Assembly: GCA_036172245.1 (NCBI GenBank)
Contig: JAYWIR010000065.1
Location: forward strand, 62,001 to 126,000
From: Raillietiella orientalis
Taxonomy: Eukaryota
Direction: 5' to 3'
Length of the DNA: 64,000 nucleotides
Made by a program: the position numbers and the translations under genes. This document shows, piece by piece, positions 1-14,049 of this stretch; the stretch's first letter is position 1, and every line of letters begins with the position of its first letter. Below the pieces are notes generated by a model. That model did not search any database and had not been told where the DNA came from. It saw only the letters and a list, made by a program, of their open reading frames with translations.

Positions 1-589
1 TTGGAAGAATGTTAAACATCCGTATTATGTGCATTGATGAGGCATGCTTTTCCACTCTGTAATGATTTCCAGTGGACCTTATTAGCTGCTTTCAAGACTT
101 CCACTTTTGTGAGCATTGTGCATGCATGAACATGGAAGCCTTTAAACCACAGTTTATAGTTTACATCTGTTTGAATAACAATTGAGTCCTGAATAACAGT
201 TGAGGTGTATTCAGTTTTGATGAAGGTCTGCAGTGTTTCCTATTCCTAGGGCTTTTTGCGAGATCTTTATAGATGTTATCTAATGCTGTTTGGTGTGTGC
301 AGTTCTAATTATGCACCAGAAGTTCAAACATTAGGAATTGGCATCTTGGTTTCTATTGGAAATCTCAGTGTACAGACTGCCTGGTGTTTATTCACTTTTT
401 TAAGCAATGGAACAAAAGTTCACTTTTGGTTTCTGATAACAATTATTCCATTTTCACTCTCTCTGGGAGTTCTTTTGCAACTGTTGCCAATTTTGAGGAA
501 TCTGAAGTCGAATTTGAAAGAATTCGAGATTTCACAGCAGAAATTATCCATCAGAATTTAGTTATTTCGCTTTAAGAGCTTTCTTCACG

Positions 590-2030
590 CGTCGCCTAGC
601 AAAGCATCTCACCGGAGCTCTTATTGCAAAGCAGAAGAGTTGGTTGGCGCTTTTCGCAGTTGGTATTCGTGTCCTTGCGGAAAACGCATGGAAACAAACC
701 GAATTCCTTGTTCCAAGTGTTTGCCAAAGCGTACACTTGAGAATTTCGCCGTGTTCTTCGTTGTCTGCTTATGGTGTTGCTTTCCGGGCACTGCTGGTGT
801 GTATTTTCCGATATGCAGAGTGAGGCAAAAGAGTGCGAGCTGAGCGATTGGAACATCCAGAATCCTGCTTATGAAAACACGAGAATGCATGTGTATCTTT
901 GGTTCTTCCTGGTCAAGTAATCATCCGCAAACTGCTGCCTTTCTTTCCCCTTATGTAGGCGTTGCATTAAGAACCTCAAGCCCTATCATGAGCGATGAGA
1001 AGTGGAAGTCACTCCTCGCAGAATCGCAATGTAGAGTGAGTTTCCGAGCCTTTCATAGCTCCCCCCCATCTTACAGGAGATCGTGTATCATGTCCGTAAG
1101 CTCCATTTTAATAGCACGACCTTTCGTTTGTGAAGATGCCGGCCGTTTTGAAATAAAAGAAGGAATGCCCTACAGCATTTGATTCCTCGTCTTCATCTGT
1201 GACATTCAAAAATGGATTGTCTCGCCAACCTGAATCCGTCTAATTCGGTAGGAAAAGTGTCCATAAGAGACAAAGGACGTATCGAGAAAGAAAAACGTAT
1301 TCCAGCAAGGCGAGTTGGATCTCGTCCACGGCCTTCGTTTCGAGAAACCACGGGAACGTCAGCTATTCCTCAATCAGCATTATCGCCATTTAGATTCTGT
1401 CGTTGGCATGCATTCAGCATCAGCGAATCGCTCCAAAGTGAAAGCAACGGAGAAAAAGAATCTCCAACTCACAAACCGATTTTCCTATCACGAGCCACCT
1501 TCAATCGGTTGTTCATTCATGGGCGGTATAGGGATTTGCATAAGCACGGAACCAAGGGCTGCAAAAAGAGTACAAATTGCCTAGGAGCAGCCTTCAGAAT
1601 CTATGGGGCTACTTTTGGCTTCTGTGTTGTTCGGAAATTGCACGCATATTTCTCCGAGATGCGATTTGATGAGAAAGAGATATGTGTTCATAGCCACTGC
1701 TGTTCCCTACTTCGCCGAGGCTGCTTCTTGATGTTGCGAAAGTTGGTCTCAGTCCTTGGCAGCAATATGACAAAAAAAGCTTGCAGTATCTCCACAGCAC
1801 TGCATCTCACCATTTCGTTCTGCTGGTACGACGAATTCTCTCGGACAAATCACTGCGGAGGTGGCAGACTAAAGACCCCTTCAAATTCAGAAGCCTAAAT
1901 CGCATTTCGTGGAAAGCGTTCATGGCTGAGCTCAGATGAGTACATTTGAAGTCCTCCGAAACGATAAACAAAAATTGTCTCTTCCTGAAATGGAGGGCTC
2001 TCGGAAGAGGGAGTTCCACAGGCTGTCAGC
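590..2030 (-). mobile_element. Degenerate piggyBac transposase relic
   Basis: Frameshifted minus-strand motifs in piggyBac order: KW*D..EILQAFFVILL..QGL; AMNTYLF..CVQFPNN (~MSRxRF..LHFxDN); NAYIRG..DYLTRKNQRY..RVFISRILDV (~YNxxMGGVD..RKxxKW..LLD); decayed Cys-rich tail RRNSQVYA..RKDTNTNCEKRQPTLLLC..MLC. Confidence 0.6.
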
Positions 2031-2299
2031 GAAAACTCAAACGCAAAGTAATGACTTTGCGCATGGAAACGTGTTCCTCATGCTCAACATGTGCTCACTC
2101 ACATGAGGTCTGCTAGCAATGTAGTTGGCTGCTGTCTCCCAACAAATGCACTTGCTGTAAACACAAGGGAACGCCTTCACTGAAAGGTTTTCAGCAATAC
2201 CAAGGAATGCCAATATGCACTCCGTTACACATACGCACGCAATTTTAGCCCAAATGATGTCGGCAATGCAGTATTCTGTGATTGCAGGACGGCCTCCTG

Positions 2300-3100
2300 A
2301 ATCTACTGATCAACTCCAGTTGAGAATTTTGGAAGAAAAAGTTTCCTGCTGTTGCTGTACCACTGACCCAATTTTCTCAACTATTGCGAAGGCTCTGTCC
2401 GCTTCCAAGAACTGCTGCCAAACACCCTTAAGCACTGATCTCCAGCTTTCTAAACTGCACAGCTACCAGGTTGTGGAGCCCGGCAATGCCCAATCTGAGA
2501 GGTGGCAATTACTGCTGGTGCTCCTTCGTCATGGAAGCTTCGAATCGCTTCACGGCGCTCTACACATTTGAGCTGGTGCCATGAGGCTCTTGAGATAGAG
2601 GTTGCCTCTTCTTGTGCAAACACAACTCGGTTCGAGCAAATGCAAAGTTGAACTATCTTTGTTGCACGGTCAACCCTTGTGTTCTCTGGTGCCATTCTCT
2701 GGTTCTCTGGAGGATGCACATTATGAATAGTCCTCAAGAGAATGTATTTTTTCCTCTGTATATCTTCGTGCTCCAACACACCAAAGCGAACGATAAGCAC
2801 GGGAGATTCTTTCTTTACAAGAAGTTCTATCCCAACACCATCGTTGTAGTGTACTTCAAAAAAAAAGCTTTGAATGCTGCTAATTCGCACCAATCTGTGA
2901 AAACAGCTTCATGGAAGTTCGTACAACGAAACCGGTGATTGGTGTGATTGCGTTTCCACGTTCGTTCTTATCGTCATCATATTGAAACAAATGGCATTCC
3001 CATCAAGATGGAAAGGATTCGTAAGAATGTGTTCGACGTATCGGTCACAGAATCCACTAGCACCTAGCTGGAAATTCTGCGTGTCCGATGCACAGTGTGC
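2300..3100 (-). pseudogene. DEAD-box RNA helicase relic (intronless, decayed)
   Basis: HILTNPFHL (~HIxVxTPGRL) and FHEAV (~DEAD), followed in ORF 2450-2893 by KIVQLC..WHQLKCVERREAIRSFHDEGAPAVIATS (~HGxxxxxERxxxxxxFxxGxxxVLxAT). Confidence 0.4.
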
Positions 3101-3329
3101 ACATGTGTGGGAAAGGCACCCGAGAAACCAGAGTTACCTATCTACCCTGACCTTTGAACTTTACATGTGACCAGCAAACGAAATAGGCATTTTTGGCCAC
3201 TGCGGTCATCCAGCGGCATCGCCGAAGCTGCAGGTAATTCGAAATCGCCCCGGGAGTCGCCAAGACGTCTCGAAGCTCTCATTTCTGGAAGGCAAGTTTT
3301 CCTCTTCTAAACAGTCGCTAGGCAACTCA

Positions 3330-3830
3330 AAGACAAAAAGTGGAGTCTGTTTAAGAAGAGTACGCTCCTGACTATGCTTTTCCGTCCTCCGTCTCGTATG
3401 CGATTCGCGTGACTCAACTGTGAAGCATAGGCAGTGATTTTTCCGCTCTTCGCTAGCAGAATGACCTTTGGCGTGATGTTTGCTCGAAGGAGTGCGTGTG
3501 GCACAATTCAGGATTAGAAGAAACGAGGCACTTTGTGAACTGATGGAAACGATGGAGACTGCAGCCGTGCTTCTTCTAATCCAACCATGGGATTTTCTGT
3601 GACTTTTTACTCCACAATGGGATCACTGTGTTCACGGGTTTGCGAAAACAGTGATGGTTTGTCAAGAAACTCCAAGAGGAACTCACACACACAGGAAGAA
3701 ACGAGTGTGCCCTTCGGTTTTTTTCAACGTGTGGCTGATATCGAAACACACCTTGGAAATATCTTGGGAATTCTCTCCCGAAGAAGCTCAATTTTCAGCG
3801 GTACGTTGAATATCTCGGACTAGAAAGGCT
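3330..3830 (-). pseudogene. Possible cytosolic sulfotransferase relic
   Basis: ISATR*KKPKGT..CEFLL (~PKSGTTW) and LQSPSFPSVHKVP..IVPHALLRANITPKVILLAKSGK (~SPRxxKxHLP..KVIYxxRNPKD); contains stops. Confidence 0.3.
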
Positions 3831-6800
3831 CAGCCTCTCCGCTCAGTTTCCGGTCCCAGCTTGAAATACGCGGAAGCGTGTTAAAATTCCGGGCGGAAAT
3901 GGCAACCCTGCTTCGACTCGGGTGAGGAGCACGTCCGGAACGGAGGGGGATGCATCTCATAGTCGATGCTGCTGCTGAAAGATGTCACGAGCTCCGAGTG
4001 ATCACTCGGTGAAATTCGCCTTTTCAGATACGCATCCGTGCCCGGCCCTTTTCGCAACTCCTTTCTTCGTTTGCTTTTCCTCCAGTGACATTCAAGAAAG
4101 GTTTTCTCTCTGTGCAACGCGAAACACCAATCCCTGTCCTTCCCTCATTAAGGACAGGAAAACTCTCAAGAAGCGAACTCTTACCTATGAAACAATCTCT
4201 TCTCTACAGCAGCGATCTAACGTTTCCAACATGAGCAGAACGGTGCTGCGAGAAAAGTGACTTCCACGAATATGTGCATCCACAGAAGGAAACTTGCGCA
4301 TACAAGATACACAAATGCTGGTCCACGGGAATTTTATCTTTTGAAGTGAAAAAATGATCTCTGAAATTGTTAGTGATGGAGGAGATTCATTTTGTTTTTC
4401 TGTTCCGTGTGATCAGTAGCTCAGTTTTCACCGACTTTCCATCCATTGAAGTTGATAGAGCTCTCAAAAAGAGTTTCTCATGAGTTGTGAGTGCGTCGTT
4501 GCGAGTTTGAAATGTTGGCTCAAAGTTGGTTTCAGTCTTTGGTTTGCAGAGTTTCTTGATCCGGGGAACGCACAAGCCTGCCACACGAAAATCTGGCCCT
4601 GATCGCCTCAGGGCGAGCCACTGGAGCTGGAAACAAATGGGTTATCTCTTTCGAAGGAATAGGCAGCACCAAATGATGTGCTCCTTCACTTTTTCTTAGG
4701 GACTCATAGTGAGCGGGTTTCTGATTACTGAATGATTCCTCCCTGGACGTGAAGAGTTGCTGCATAAAAAGTCTGGACAGCTGCAGGCGTTTGCTGGTAC
4801 GTGGCTTAGAGGGGAAAAAACCACACACATATAGCTCCAGAAGCTTTACAGAGTTCCCTGGGGATCGCTCGTGCATTTTCCTGAAGGAAAAACGGGGAAT
4901 GTATCGAAATCAACCGACATTGCCGTTCAAATACTACGTATACGAAAATTTGGATACCGATGCTTTGTGAAGGACATGAAAGTACTCACGAAAGCAGAGT
5001 CATCGAGTTCATTTCCAGAGCTGACTGTGGCATCAAGAAACAAAACAGTTGTTTGCTGGACAAACACCCGTTGCTCTCATCTTTGATGGAAAGTGGCAGG
5101 GATTTGGCAACTCGGAAGAATGGTGCCGTTCTAACCCCTCGAGGAGCAAAGAAAAGCAAATGTGCAAACCGTCTAGAATGGGAAAATGTTGAAAGGAAGC
5201 GGCGAATATTCTTCATTCCTAGTCTGCCGATTCTCTTTGCAGCCACAAATACCGTGGTTTGTGAGCCGCGGAGAAGGCGTTCATGTGAGGTGGTCGCACG
5301 CTGTGTAGAGTGTGGCTACGGGTGGGGTCGTGTACGCTCCCGAGTCATCACATCGGATTACGAACACCCCTTTTGGGCTGACGAGCTTCCTCTGTTCCCA
5401 AGAGTGGCTGCTCAATTACCAGGATAACGATGACTTGAGCCATATGGGTTTCCCGTTTCCAGTTTGCAGCCTCAAAAAGTGAGCTTTTTTCTCCGCGGAC
5501 AGCGGTAAACGCACTTTGCTTTCCGCACTCTCCGCCTTCTGCGTTTGTCTCCATGTGAATCCATGCAGCGATGTGCACACCTGAACAAGAGCACATGTGC
5601 AGACACGCGACGGAACGCCCCTGTGAACCCTCCTGAAGGTGGAGTGGCACCTTTGGACGCGTGCACGAATACAGACATACACATACATTCACGTGTTCCT
5701 TTTAAACCTTTTTTGGCGTCGAAGGCGCGAGTGGGAACTCTTCTCGCTCCCGACGGCTCACTTGTCTTCACGGCAGTGCGATCCCAACCAAACCCTTCTC
5801 GTGGACAGAGCACATTCTCCGGCTCCGCCTCTCCTATGGTGCTCCCTATTCCCGCGAAGCCAGTGGAAAATTGTGCGCTTCTGTGAATCCGGGAAGTTTG
5901 GCTTTTTCCAAGCGTTTTTGCTCGTAGACACAGGAAAGCGTTGCTGCCATCCAAGACCAAGATTGTTTCTGCTATGTGTCGATCCTCGCTAATGTACTCC
6001 ACTCTTTCGGGCGTGTTTGGTTCTGTGGTTTCCGGTTTTGGGAAAAAGTGCCCACTTCTTCCCACTCTTGAATTTTTCTCTGGAATGTGTTCGATTTACG
6101 CATGTTGGGTTCTCAATGTTTTTACGTAAAATTTTGCGGAAGCATTCCAGCACTAGCACTTTCCAAAAATGATGTCAGTTCTGTGGATCGAGAGCAACGC
6201 TTAAAAGCAAATGAAAGTTCTGTTCATAAGTAGAAGCAGCAGAACTAATTCGGAGACATGAGTGACGACGGAGAAGCATCCGGCGGAACGCATACTTATT
6301 CGTGAATTTGATGGGCGAGTAGTCCCTTCTTGGCAAGCAGAAAGAATAACATCCTAGCTGTTTCTAAGAATGCCTCGTTTGCAGTGAGCAGCTCCAGCAT
6401 TCGGAGTTTTATCATTCTTTTCCTTCAGAAGGGAGGAAACACTGTGTGCAAATGTACTGATGTTTTCAGTCCTTGGAATGTTCAGCGTTGCCGATCGTTT
6501 CGTGCTTTCATCCTGCAAGTCGCCCCCCAATGTTTTCGCCGAAAGTGTTCCCAGCGCAGTTGTGAACAAAGAGTACGCCATCTTTGAAGATGCATAGGTT
6601 GACAGCAGGGCAGCCGCTGAAGTCGAGCTAAAAGACACTCCTTTCTGGAACTTCCTCGAGGATAACTCGCCTTGACAAACCTGCACTGGACCAGGATCTC
6701 CGGAACCTGGCGTTTTCGCACTTCCTGGCGGTCACCAAACGCGACTACACGAAACCTCTTTTCTCGAATGCCGATGCTTGCAAGTTCATGGCTTCAGGGT

Positions 6801-8049
6801 GTGTTCCCAGCACTCTCGAACTTACAGCGGGAATCAGACAACCCGGAAAACCAAAACGAAAATGCCTCAACGGAAAAGGAAGCACTTTCATGGATTTGTG
6901 AAGGATTTGGGAGACCAAATGGAAATTGAACCATTCCAGTGCGAAATTTTTCGTTGAAATGAGGACAACTGCAACAGATCCACTGTGTGAGTTTTGTACT
7001 CTTCCCGTTTCCTTGCACGTCTCAGTGGAGGTCTCATTTGAAGACGGTTTGGGCAGAAACGTGGCAGACAGAATAGTCGGAGCGAGAAGAACCGCAGAAC
7101 TGCGCCGCAGAGTTCGTTTGGGGGATAAGCTGTTTGCCCGTTGAAGGTTCGTAGTGATGTACGTGGCAATTATGGAATCTTCGGGAATGTCTGGATCTTC
7201 TGATGAGCGATAATCAACCCTTGTCGCAGTTTCACTCTCTTGAATCACATTGACACAGACGAAAGACATGACAAAAGATATGGTGCTGTGACGTAAGACT
7301 GACGTAAGAGCTAGCGAAACCGAACTGTTGCTTGGAAGCGAACTCTGGCCACAGTCACGCAACCCAGGAGCGGATTTGTTCATCTCAAAGATCTCAGACA
7401 TCGAAACAGATTGAATGGCAAACGAAATGGAGTCGAAGAAACGCGAGATCCCCATAAAAAGCGAGGAAGCGCTGTTTGAAAGTGAAAGTTTCAGAAAATG
7501 GCCAGGACTAAACACCTGCGGCAACTGTGCAACCCTTTTATTTATCTCTTATCTGGAGGCACGTGAGCAGGCAATCAAGCGAGGGTGCCACTCGCGCGCG
7601 ACATACGAGAAGATTCCATATGCGCTTTCTACTTGATGTGGGTAAGATTTCGTGATTTGCTTCACAACCAATGGAGGAAATTGGAACTTGGGAATTGTGA
7701 TGCAAGTGTGCCTCAAGCACATGGGGTTTTTTATTTTTGTAGCTTGACGCTTACCATCACCTATACTTTCAGCAAGCAGACATGACCACTTCGTAAAAAT
7801 ACAGATGCACGTATGAAAGCAAGCAGACGTTTTTGCCATATGATTTTTTAAGGATTTTTTGTTCTTCGTTCACATCTTGACAGAAAAGGCTGCAAGTTAG
7901 TCAGACTTTCAACTTTGTTAAGAAAATGTGCGCACACACCAGATGTTCATGCTGATTCTTTTCGAAGCATTCCTCGAAACTTTGCGAAAAATGCCATGGA
8001 AAGTAGTGCAGCATCGTGTTCATCAGATTCGCAGTGTAAGGTCATGTCT

Positions 8050-9300
8050 CCGGCGAGTCACATGTCACGGAAGCTGCCTGTTTGATTTTCAACTCGGTCC
8101 ATTAACGATGATCGGTCGATGCACCCGCTGGAGTGGCCGGTGGCCGCCGTTCCACATGAAGAGCGCAGAGAGAAGAAATATCAACTACCTAGCATCGTTG
8201 ATGGTCCGAGTTTATTACCTGGTATTTTGAAAAATGCCCTTCCGAAACTATTTGTCCTGGTCGGAAGAAGGAGATCGTGCGCTGGTTTTCCTGAGAACAA
8301 GTCTATCCACAAATCAATTTCTCAATTGCGACTGCTCATGAAGAAGTAACGTCGAAGGAGCGCAGGAGAGTGCCATTTTCTCAACTCGGGCGTTCAGTTG
8401 AGACTTGGGAGTTTTTATCGGAGATCCCTCCTTGCCAATGAAGAAGACCTCCTCTGTCGTCTTCTTCGAGCAGGAAGGCAACTTCCTCAAGCAGAAATTT
8501 AGATACAGAAACCCGAAACGCTGCTTCCATTTACAGCAATCGAGAGAAAGAGGACACCTTCAGTCAACTGTCAGATATCATCACTTGCTGCGATACCACA
8601 GCAGCATCCATCAGCAAAGCCCAAATCAACCACTCTCACTGAGTGTTCCTAAGAATCTCCGATTTGCGCTAATCGCTTCGGAACCTGCTGACAGGTTTTT
8701 GCTTAGGTCACTGTTTCGTGGATACCGTCTCGTCTCCGTTGCCTTGTGTCTCAACCGATGGATGTCTGCAGCTCCACTTGTAAGATGCCACAAGCAGTGG
8801 CCATTCGAGGGCGCGCAGCAACTACCCTCGTTAAGCAGGATAGTTTTGCAGCCTTATCTTTCTGCATGCATCAGCATCTGGTCAAAACCCATGGATTTGT
8901 CAATGATACCTGGTGATTCAGGGTTTCTCGCAGTGTTAGGAAACATATCAAATAGTGAGTTGTGGGCTGGGGATTTGACTGTTAAGAAGATTGACTTGCA
9001 ATATTCTTCACCAGGTCGAACACGGAATGGCCAGCGCATTCTTCAGTCTGAATAATAAGAACTGTATCCACAATATTCAATCAATTGTATACTTTCCATG
9101 CTCCTGCTGGGTGGGGAAGTTTTCAATCGCATTCCGTTGTTTGTGCTTCGATGACTGGTAAAAGGGAAGCACGTTGCACGGGCTTGTTTGGACATTTAGT
9201 GGACTCTGAGGACGAGAATGGATTTCCAGCGAATCTTCAAACCCTGGTGGCGCCTTGGGGTTTGGGTGCCATGAAGGCACCGAAAAGTGAATTTTCAGGT
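8050..9300 (-). pseudogene. OPA1-like (mitochondrial dynamin GTPase) relic, intronless and decayed
   Basis: RMRWPFRVRPGEEYCKSIFLTVKSP..SLFDMFP..TILLNEGSCCA..SDLSKN aligns by eye to OPA1 RMRKNVKEG..TISLNVKGP..LVDLPG..IILCIQDGSVDA..VDLAEKN. Collinear weak matches upstream (TSPCNV ~ RSPVKV) and downstream (LW..LLLP..KL). Confidence 0.45.
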
Positions 9301-10321
9301 GGCAGCAAAAAGGTTTGCATTTTCCATTCATCCCCAAGCGTTTGACGGAAGAACTCCACAAAATCTTCAGTTTGGAAATGCGTCATTTCTTTCATGGGAT
9401 TTCAGGAGCTTTCCACCACTGCGCTGGCTGGAAGAAGGTGGCCAAGTTCCGGACCGGATTCGGGAGAAATTGCTTTCACGGGATGGTAAGACGTGCATCG
9501 GTGCTGCTGTTTGATCAGCAGTCTTCCATCTTCCGTGCGCAGTGCTCGTGTACGAATGCATGAGGAACGGACTTCCGCGTACTGAACATTTTGTGCAAGC
9601 GTGACCATGGTACAGAAGATGGGACAGTTGAAGGAGGAACGCTTGTACCGGGGTATGCCGGATGATGGGAATTCCAGAAAGCACAGAGCCACAGAGATAC
9701 CGAGTGGTAAAGGCGACCTCCGAGGAGAGTCACGCCCTAAAGGGAAAAAAGCATGCATTCGCAGCGAGGAAAAATGGAGAGTACAGTAAAAGATGGTGAA
9801 TGTCGGTCACCTCTTATGGACTACCTACGTGTCATTGCCCATGAACTATCCTAAGTTTATTGAGCTGCCATAATACCCCAAAATAGGAAAGAGGGCCGCT
9901 CCCCATCTTCCGCGCTTCCATTTGTCAAATTTCTTTTTCGTTTATTTAACTTTGCATTTTTATTTTTTCGCTCAATTTGCATCGTAATTATTTCATAGTT
10001 TTCAAAAATTCGAAATTTATATATTCATTCAAAATGTATACACATATACGATGGGCATATGCACTTTTATTTTTATAATCTTCATGGAGTATATCAATTT
10101 ATATACTATTAATTGCATAACTATATATATACCAATATATACAATCATCATCTTTTATTTTTAATAATCTTCAATATATGTCAACAATATAATGAACAAC
10201 TTATTAATTATCAATTAAAGTGAATGTTAATACATTTTAATGAATGCATATTTTGAAGCAATATAAGTTATTTATATGTGCGTTATCATGAGGTATATAA
10301 GGAATCCAACGTTGAATATGT

Positions 10322-11200
10322 ATTTTTTTTTATGTAGCCAAGGAAAAAAGACCTCTTCGGTCCTCTCGAGAGAAGACAGAATTACAAGCGAAGAGCCAGG
10401 TAGGAAGATTTTCGGACGGTTTTTGCATTTCCTAATTGAAGGCAACATAACGAAATTCAGGCAATATGAAAAAATAGAAAAACAAAGCCTTGAAACGGAT
10501 TCCTGACAGACTCCATCTTCCGGGAAAGGAAGTGAGAAAGGGATACGCTACGGCAGAAGTGCAGGCGGTTACTCTGGCGCCTTTCCAGGGATTGCTAACG
10601 ATTTGTTGCACGGGTCGAGCTCCAGGATACGTGAGTTCGATTGCATCAGCCTGGAGGCGGTGCAGCGCCGGTATGGTCGGCATCTGGAGAAGCGACTGGT
10701 CCGAGAGGCCCAGTCGGGGGAGGCGGGAGTCGCGGTTCCGGGCGCTGCGGCGCGCAGCACAGAAAGCAAACCGCGCGGTGCCAGATGCGCGATAGGGTTC
10801 CTGGAATGCGAAAGGAATCACTGATGATGACGGCCGAATGGAGCTCCTCCGAGCACAGCCGTCGCTTGGCATCGGCGCGAGCGTCCGCTGGCTGCCTGGA
10901 GTCTGGCTCGACGTGCTTTCGTTCACCGTCCCGTCCTCCTCCGCTCTGGCCTGAATGACTCCTTGTACAGCTCTTCGATGTCCTGCTCCTGGTGTTCCTC
11001 CCGCACTTCCCAGCTGATGGGCAGCTTCACGCGGTTCAGGAATACCAACGGGCGCAGCGTTGGTATTCCTGAACTTGCACAGCGGGCGAACGTATGTTTG
11101 CCTCGGCACTCACGTGCTACGGGTTCCGTCGACGTGCCTGGAAGAAACAGGAAGCTTTCAGGAGCCGAAACGAAAAGCAGGCTTCCCAGTCCTCAGTCTC
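10322..11200 (-). mobile_element. L1/Tx1 3' end (copy A)
   Basis: ORF2 C-terminus (..LLQMP..NPWKGARVTACT) resembles copies C/F. It is followed by a 3'UTR and an A9 tract (T-run at 10323-10331 on +). Confidence 0.6.
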
Positions 11201-11279
11201 CTACTTGCGCGCTCGCTGGTCGATCAATCAGATTGATGAGAGCGTGCTGACTTCCAGTGTACCAGTGTTCTCAGCTGGT

Positions 11280-13790
11280 TTGTTTTTATGAAATAAACGC
11301 CCTGGCGTGAAAGAGTGAGAAGCTTTTCAGCGAACTGACATCGAGCGCAACACGGGGACTCCTTTTCCCCAAGTCCCACAAGGGGTGGGGTGAATTTATT
11401 TTCTTTTATCATTCACTCTACATATCCATGCGTTCATTTTCCCCCATCATTCCACTTATGTCACCTGAAAGTCTGCTTCGTGGGATTAACACTGAGATTC
11501 ACTACACTTGGGGAACTGGACGTCGTTTATGCCTGGACGTTGTCCTCAGTCCTTCTCAGGATATGTCGGTAGTCCCAGGCCTGTACTCTTCTACAGTTTC
11601 TTATGCCGATCTTCTTCCGGATGAGCTCTTTCAGGATTTCCATTGGAAATACGGCGGTCTTGGTGGTCTTCATCTTCCACCACCGCACAAGGATGGCAGT
11701 GACGAAGAGGACGATGGTCATCCTTACCATACGATTGCAACAGGGAATGTTCCCATTTCCTTGGAACATGCCTGCTAAAATTCCCATAGTCGATGCGGCG
11801 GGCAGACTGATATCCCTTTTGAGAGTGTGCCACTCTTGTTGCATCGTGGGACAGGTCAAGACGTGGAGTCTTGTATCCTCGTCTCCACATGCTTATCAGG
11901 CCTCATCTTCTCTTGTTCCCGTGAATAGCTTCATGACTGTCCCGCATATAATTGCTCCATGATAAAACATCGAGAGGTTATCCTGTGTGTCCTGTGGCAA
12001 GTCACTTCTCCGGAGCGTCGTTCCGATCGCCAACAGGTTTATCCCAGCACTCCCGTGGTCATGGGCGGCTTCTTGGAGGGCACTGGTGTCTTTGTCCTCT
12101 TCGACTATTAGTCGGCATTGGTTTTTCTTTGTTACCCACGACCACACGAAGTTTTTGTGGTGTTTCCACACTTCGAGTGTCCTGTGGGTGAATCTTCCAG
12201 CTATCCTAACAATGTATCGGAGTACTCGGGAGTGGTGAAGGTACTCTCCTCGTCTCCATGCTTGAGCTGCTTGCGAGGTAACCCTGGACCGCTGGTGGAT
12301 CCAGTTCTCCGTATCCGGAGGTAACCGGAGCATCCACGGGATCACTAGGATGCACTCCTCTTGCCAGAGTTCCTTGCTCCTTGGTATGATTTTCAGCTGC
12401 TGCTTTCGTCTCCAGGTTGGGTCGATGGTGACCCATTTACCCACTCTGCCGAGCAGCGCAGTCATCGGTCCTCTGGAGTTATTTATCAACAACGAGAAAG
12501 CCCTGTGCGCTGCATACGGCCCGTCTTCCCAGTTTTCCGAAATGTCCACGAGTTGTCGCACGTCCGTGCATGCTTCAGCTGTACATATACTAAAATTGGA
12601 ACGGCCATGGTGTCCACAGCGTGTGCAAGCGACTTCATCCCGGTACCGCCTTCCTCCTTAGAACGACACAGTGGCTTGAGGTGGACCCTCGGTCGATAGC
12701 CTCCCCAGACGGTTTTCCTTTGTAGCTTTTCTACCTCCCTTCTGGTGTCTTGAAGCATTCTGCCGAAGACCTCTCCAAGAGTATCTTTGGAAGGAGTACT
12801 CCGTTCCAAAGATAAATAGCTTCATGCTAAAGTCCAAACGGGCATACTTTGCGCCTTTTTGCGCTGTTTTCCCCAGGATTTCCTTCCGCAATAGTTGGGA
12901 CGATAAATGGTCGACAAAGTGGACATCCAGGTACTTGGCATCGTCCACCGTTCTGTCAGTGAAACCCAGTACCAAGTTCTCGCGGATATATCGGCTGAGA
13001 CCAGTGGTAGCCTGGGCACACTTCACATTGTCCTACCTGTGGCGTCCGCGCACTGCGCATGTCTGGACGGGAGAGATGAGCTTCGGATGACCTTGACTAA
13101 GCGATTAGCTCAGAACTTTGCTAACCACTGGCATCGCTGTTCAGGATTGAGATTGGCCTCCATTGGGTAACCTTAGTCAAGTCATCTCCTTTCGGCAACA
13201 ATCTCACCCTGCTTTCGTAGAAGGATGCAGGTAGTCGTCCTTCTTGTCGGATGCAGAGCGTCAGCTGGCGGAACAAACGTCGGTAGGCATTTGTACCGCA
13301 AGTACCGCTGATAGTGAGAGATGAGGACATTATCAGTGCCCGCCGCTGCATCCTTGCGAAGTTCCACAAACGCAGCTTTCACTTCTTCTTCGGAGAATTC
13401 CTCTTCAAGCATCTTCCGATGGTTTTCACTCTTTGGCCTTTCCGGGTTTCGCAGAAAAATTCCTTGATTAGCCGGGCACACATGTCTTCGTCGGAAGTGC
13501 TCCACGTAATGCCTCTGGAAGGAGTCCGCGATGTCCTCCATCGTGTGCCGACTGTGGCCGTCGTAGTGGATGCAGATGTCTGTTGCCAGATTCTTCTTCT
13601 TCAGAACGCCGACTTTCTCTTTTACATTTTGGAAGACGTACCGACTCTCGTATTGCTCCCAGTACTTCACGGGGACCCCTGCTTTCTCGAAAAACACTGC
13701 GGAATTGACCTCGTTCATGCCAGCTGCGCGCGAACAGAATCCTCCCGAACGCGAGCGCGAGCAACGGGGACTGCGACATTCTTGGTCAGC
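11280..13790 (-). mobile_element. L1/Tx1 ORF2 (copy B), RT core deleted
   Basis: SEEEVKAAFVELRKDAAAGTDNV; RVRLLPKGDDLTKVTQWRPISILNSD; KYLDV; LCRSKEEGGTGM. QTCAVRGR is joined almost directly to the pre-KYL region, so the QGxPLS/YADD core is missing. Confidence 0.85.
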
Positions 13791-14049
13791 GGGCGCGAAC
13801 GAGGTCAATGCAACACTTGCGGTAGCATTGGACGGACTCTGTGCAAGCGCACTGGTCGGCGGCAAAAGGGTCGCACTTGCGAGAGAGGGCGCCGAGGGCG
13901 CCTGCAGCTGAGTACGGCACGCGCACAAGCCAAGCACTCGCAGTGGCTTTGCCCTCCCTGGTGCACGCCGCGTCCATTTTCCTGGGGAGAGAATGAGGAC
14001 ATGTTCGTGTTTTCATGGACTTCCAACTAAGCCCTAGGAGAACGGACGG

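Noticed and set aside
6745..7640. 259-aa minus ORF; possible RING/TRIM relic on plus
   Set aside because: The minus ORF has no recognisable domain, and the plus-strand Cys pattern is too decayed to support a call.
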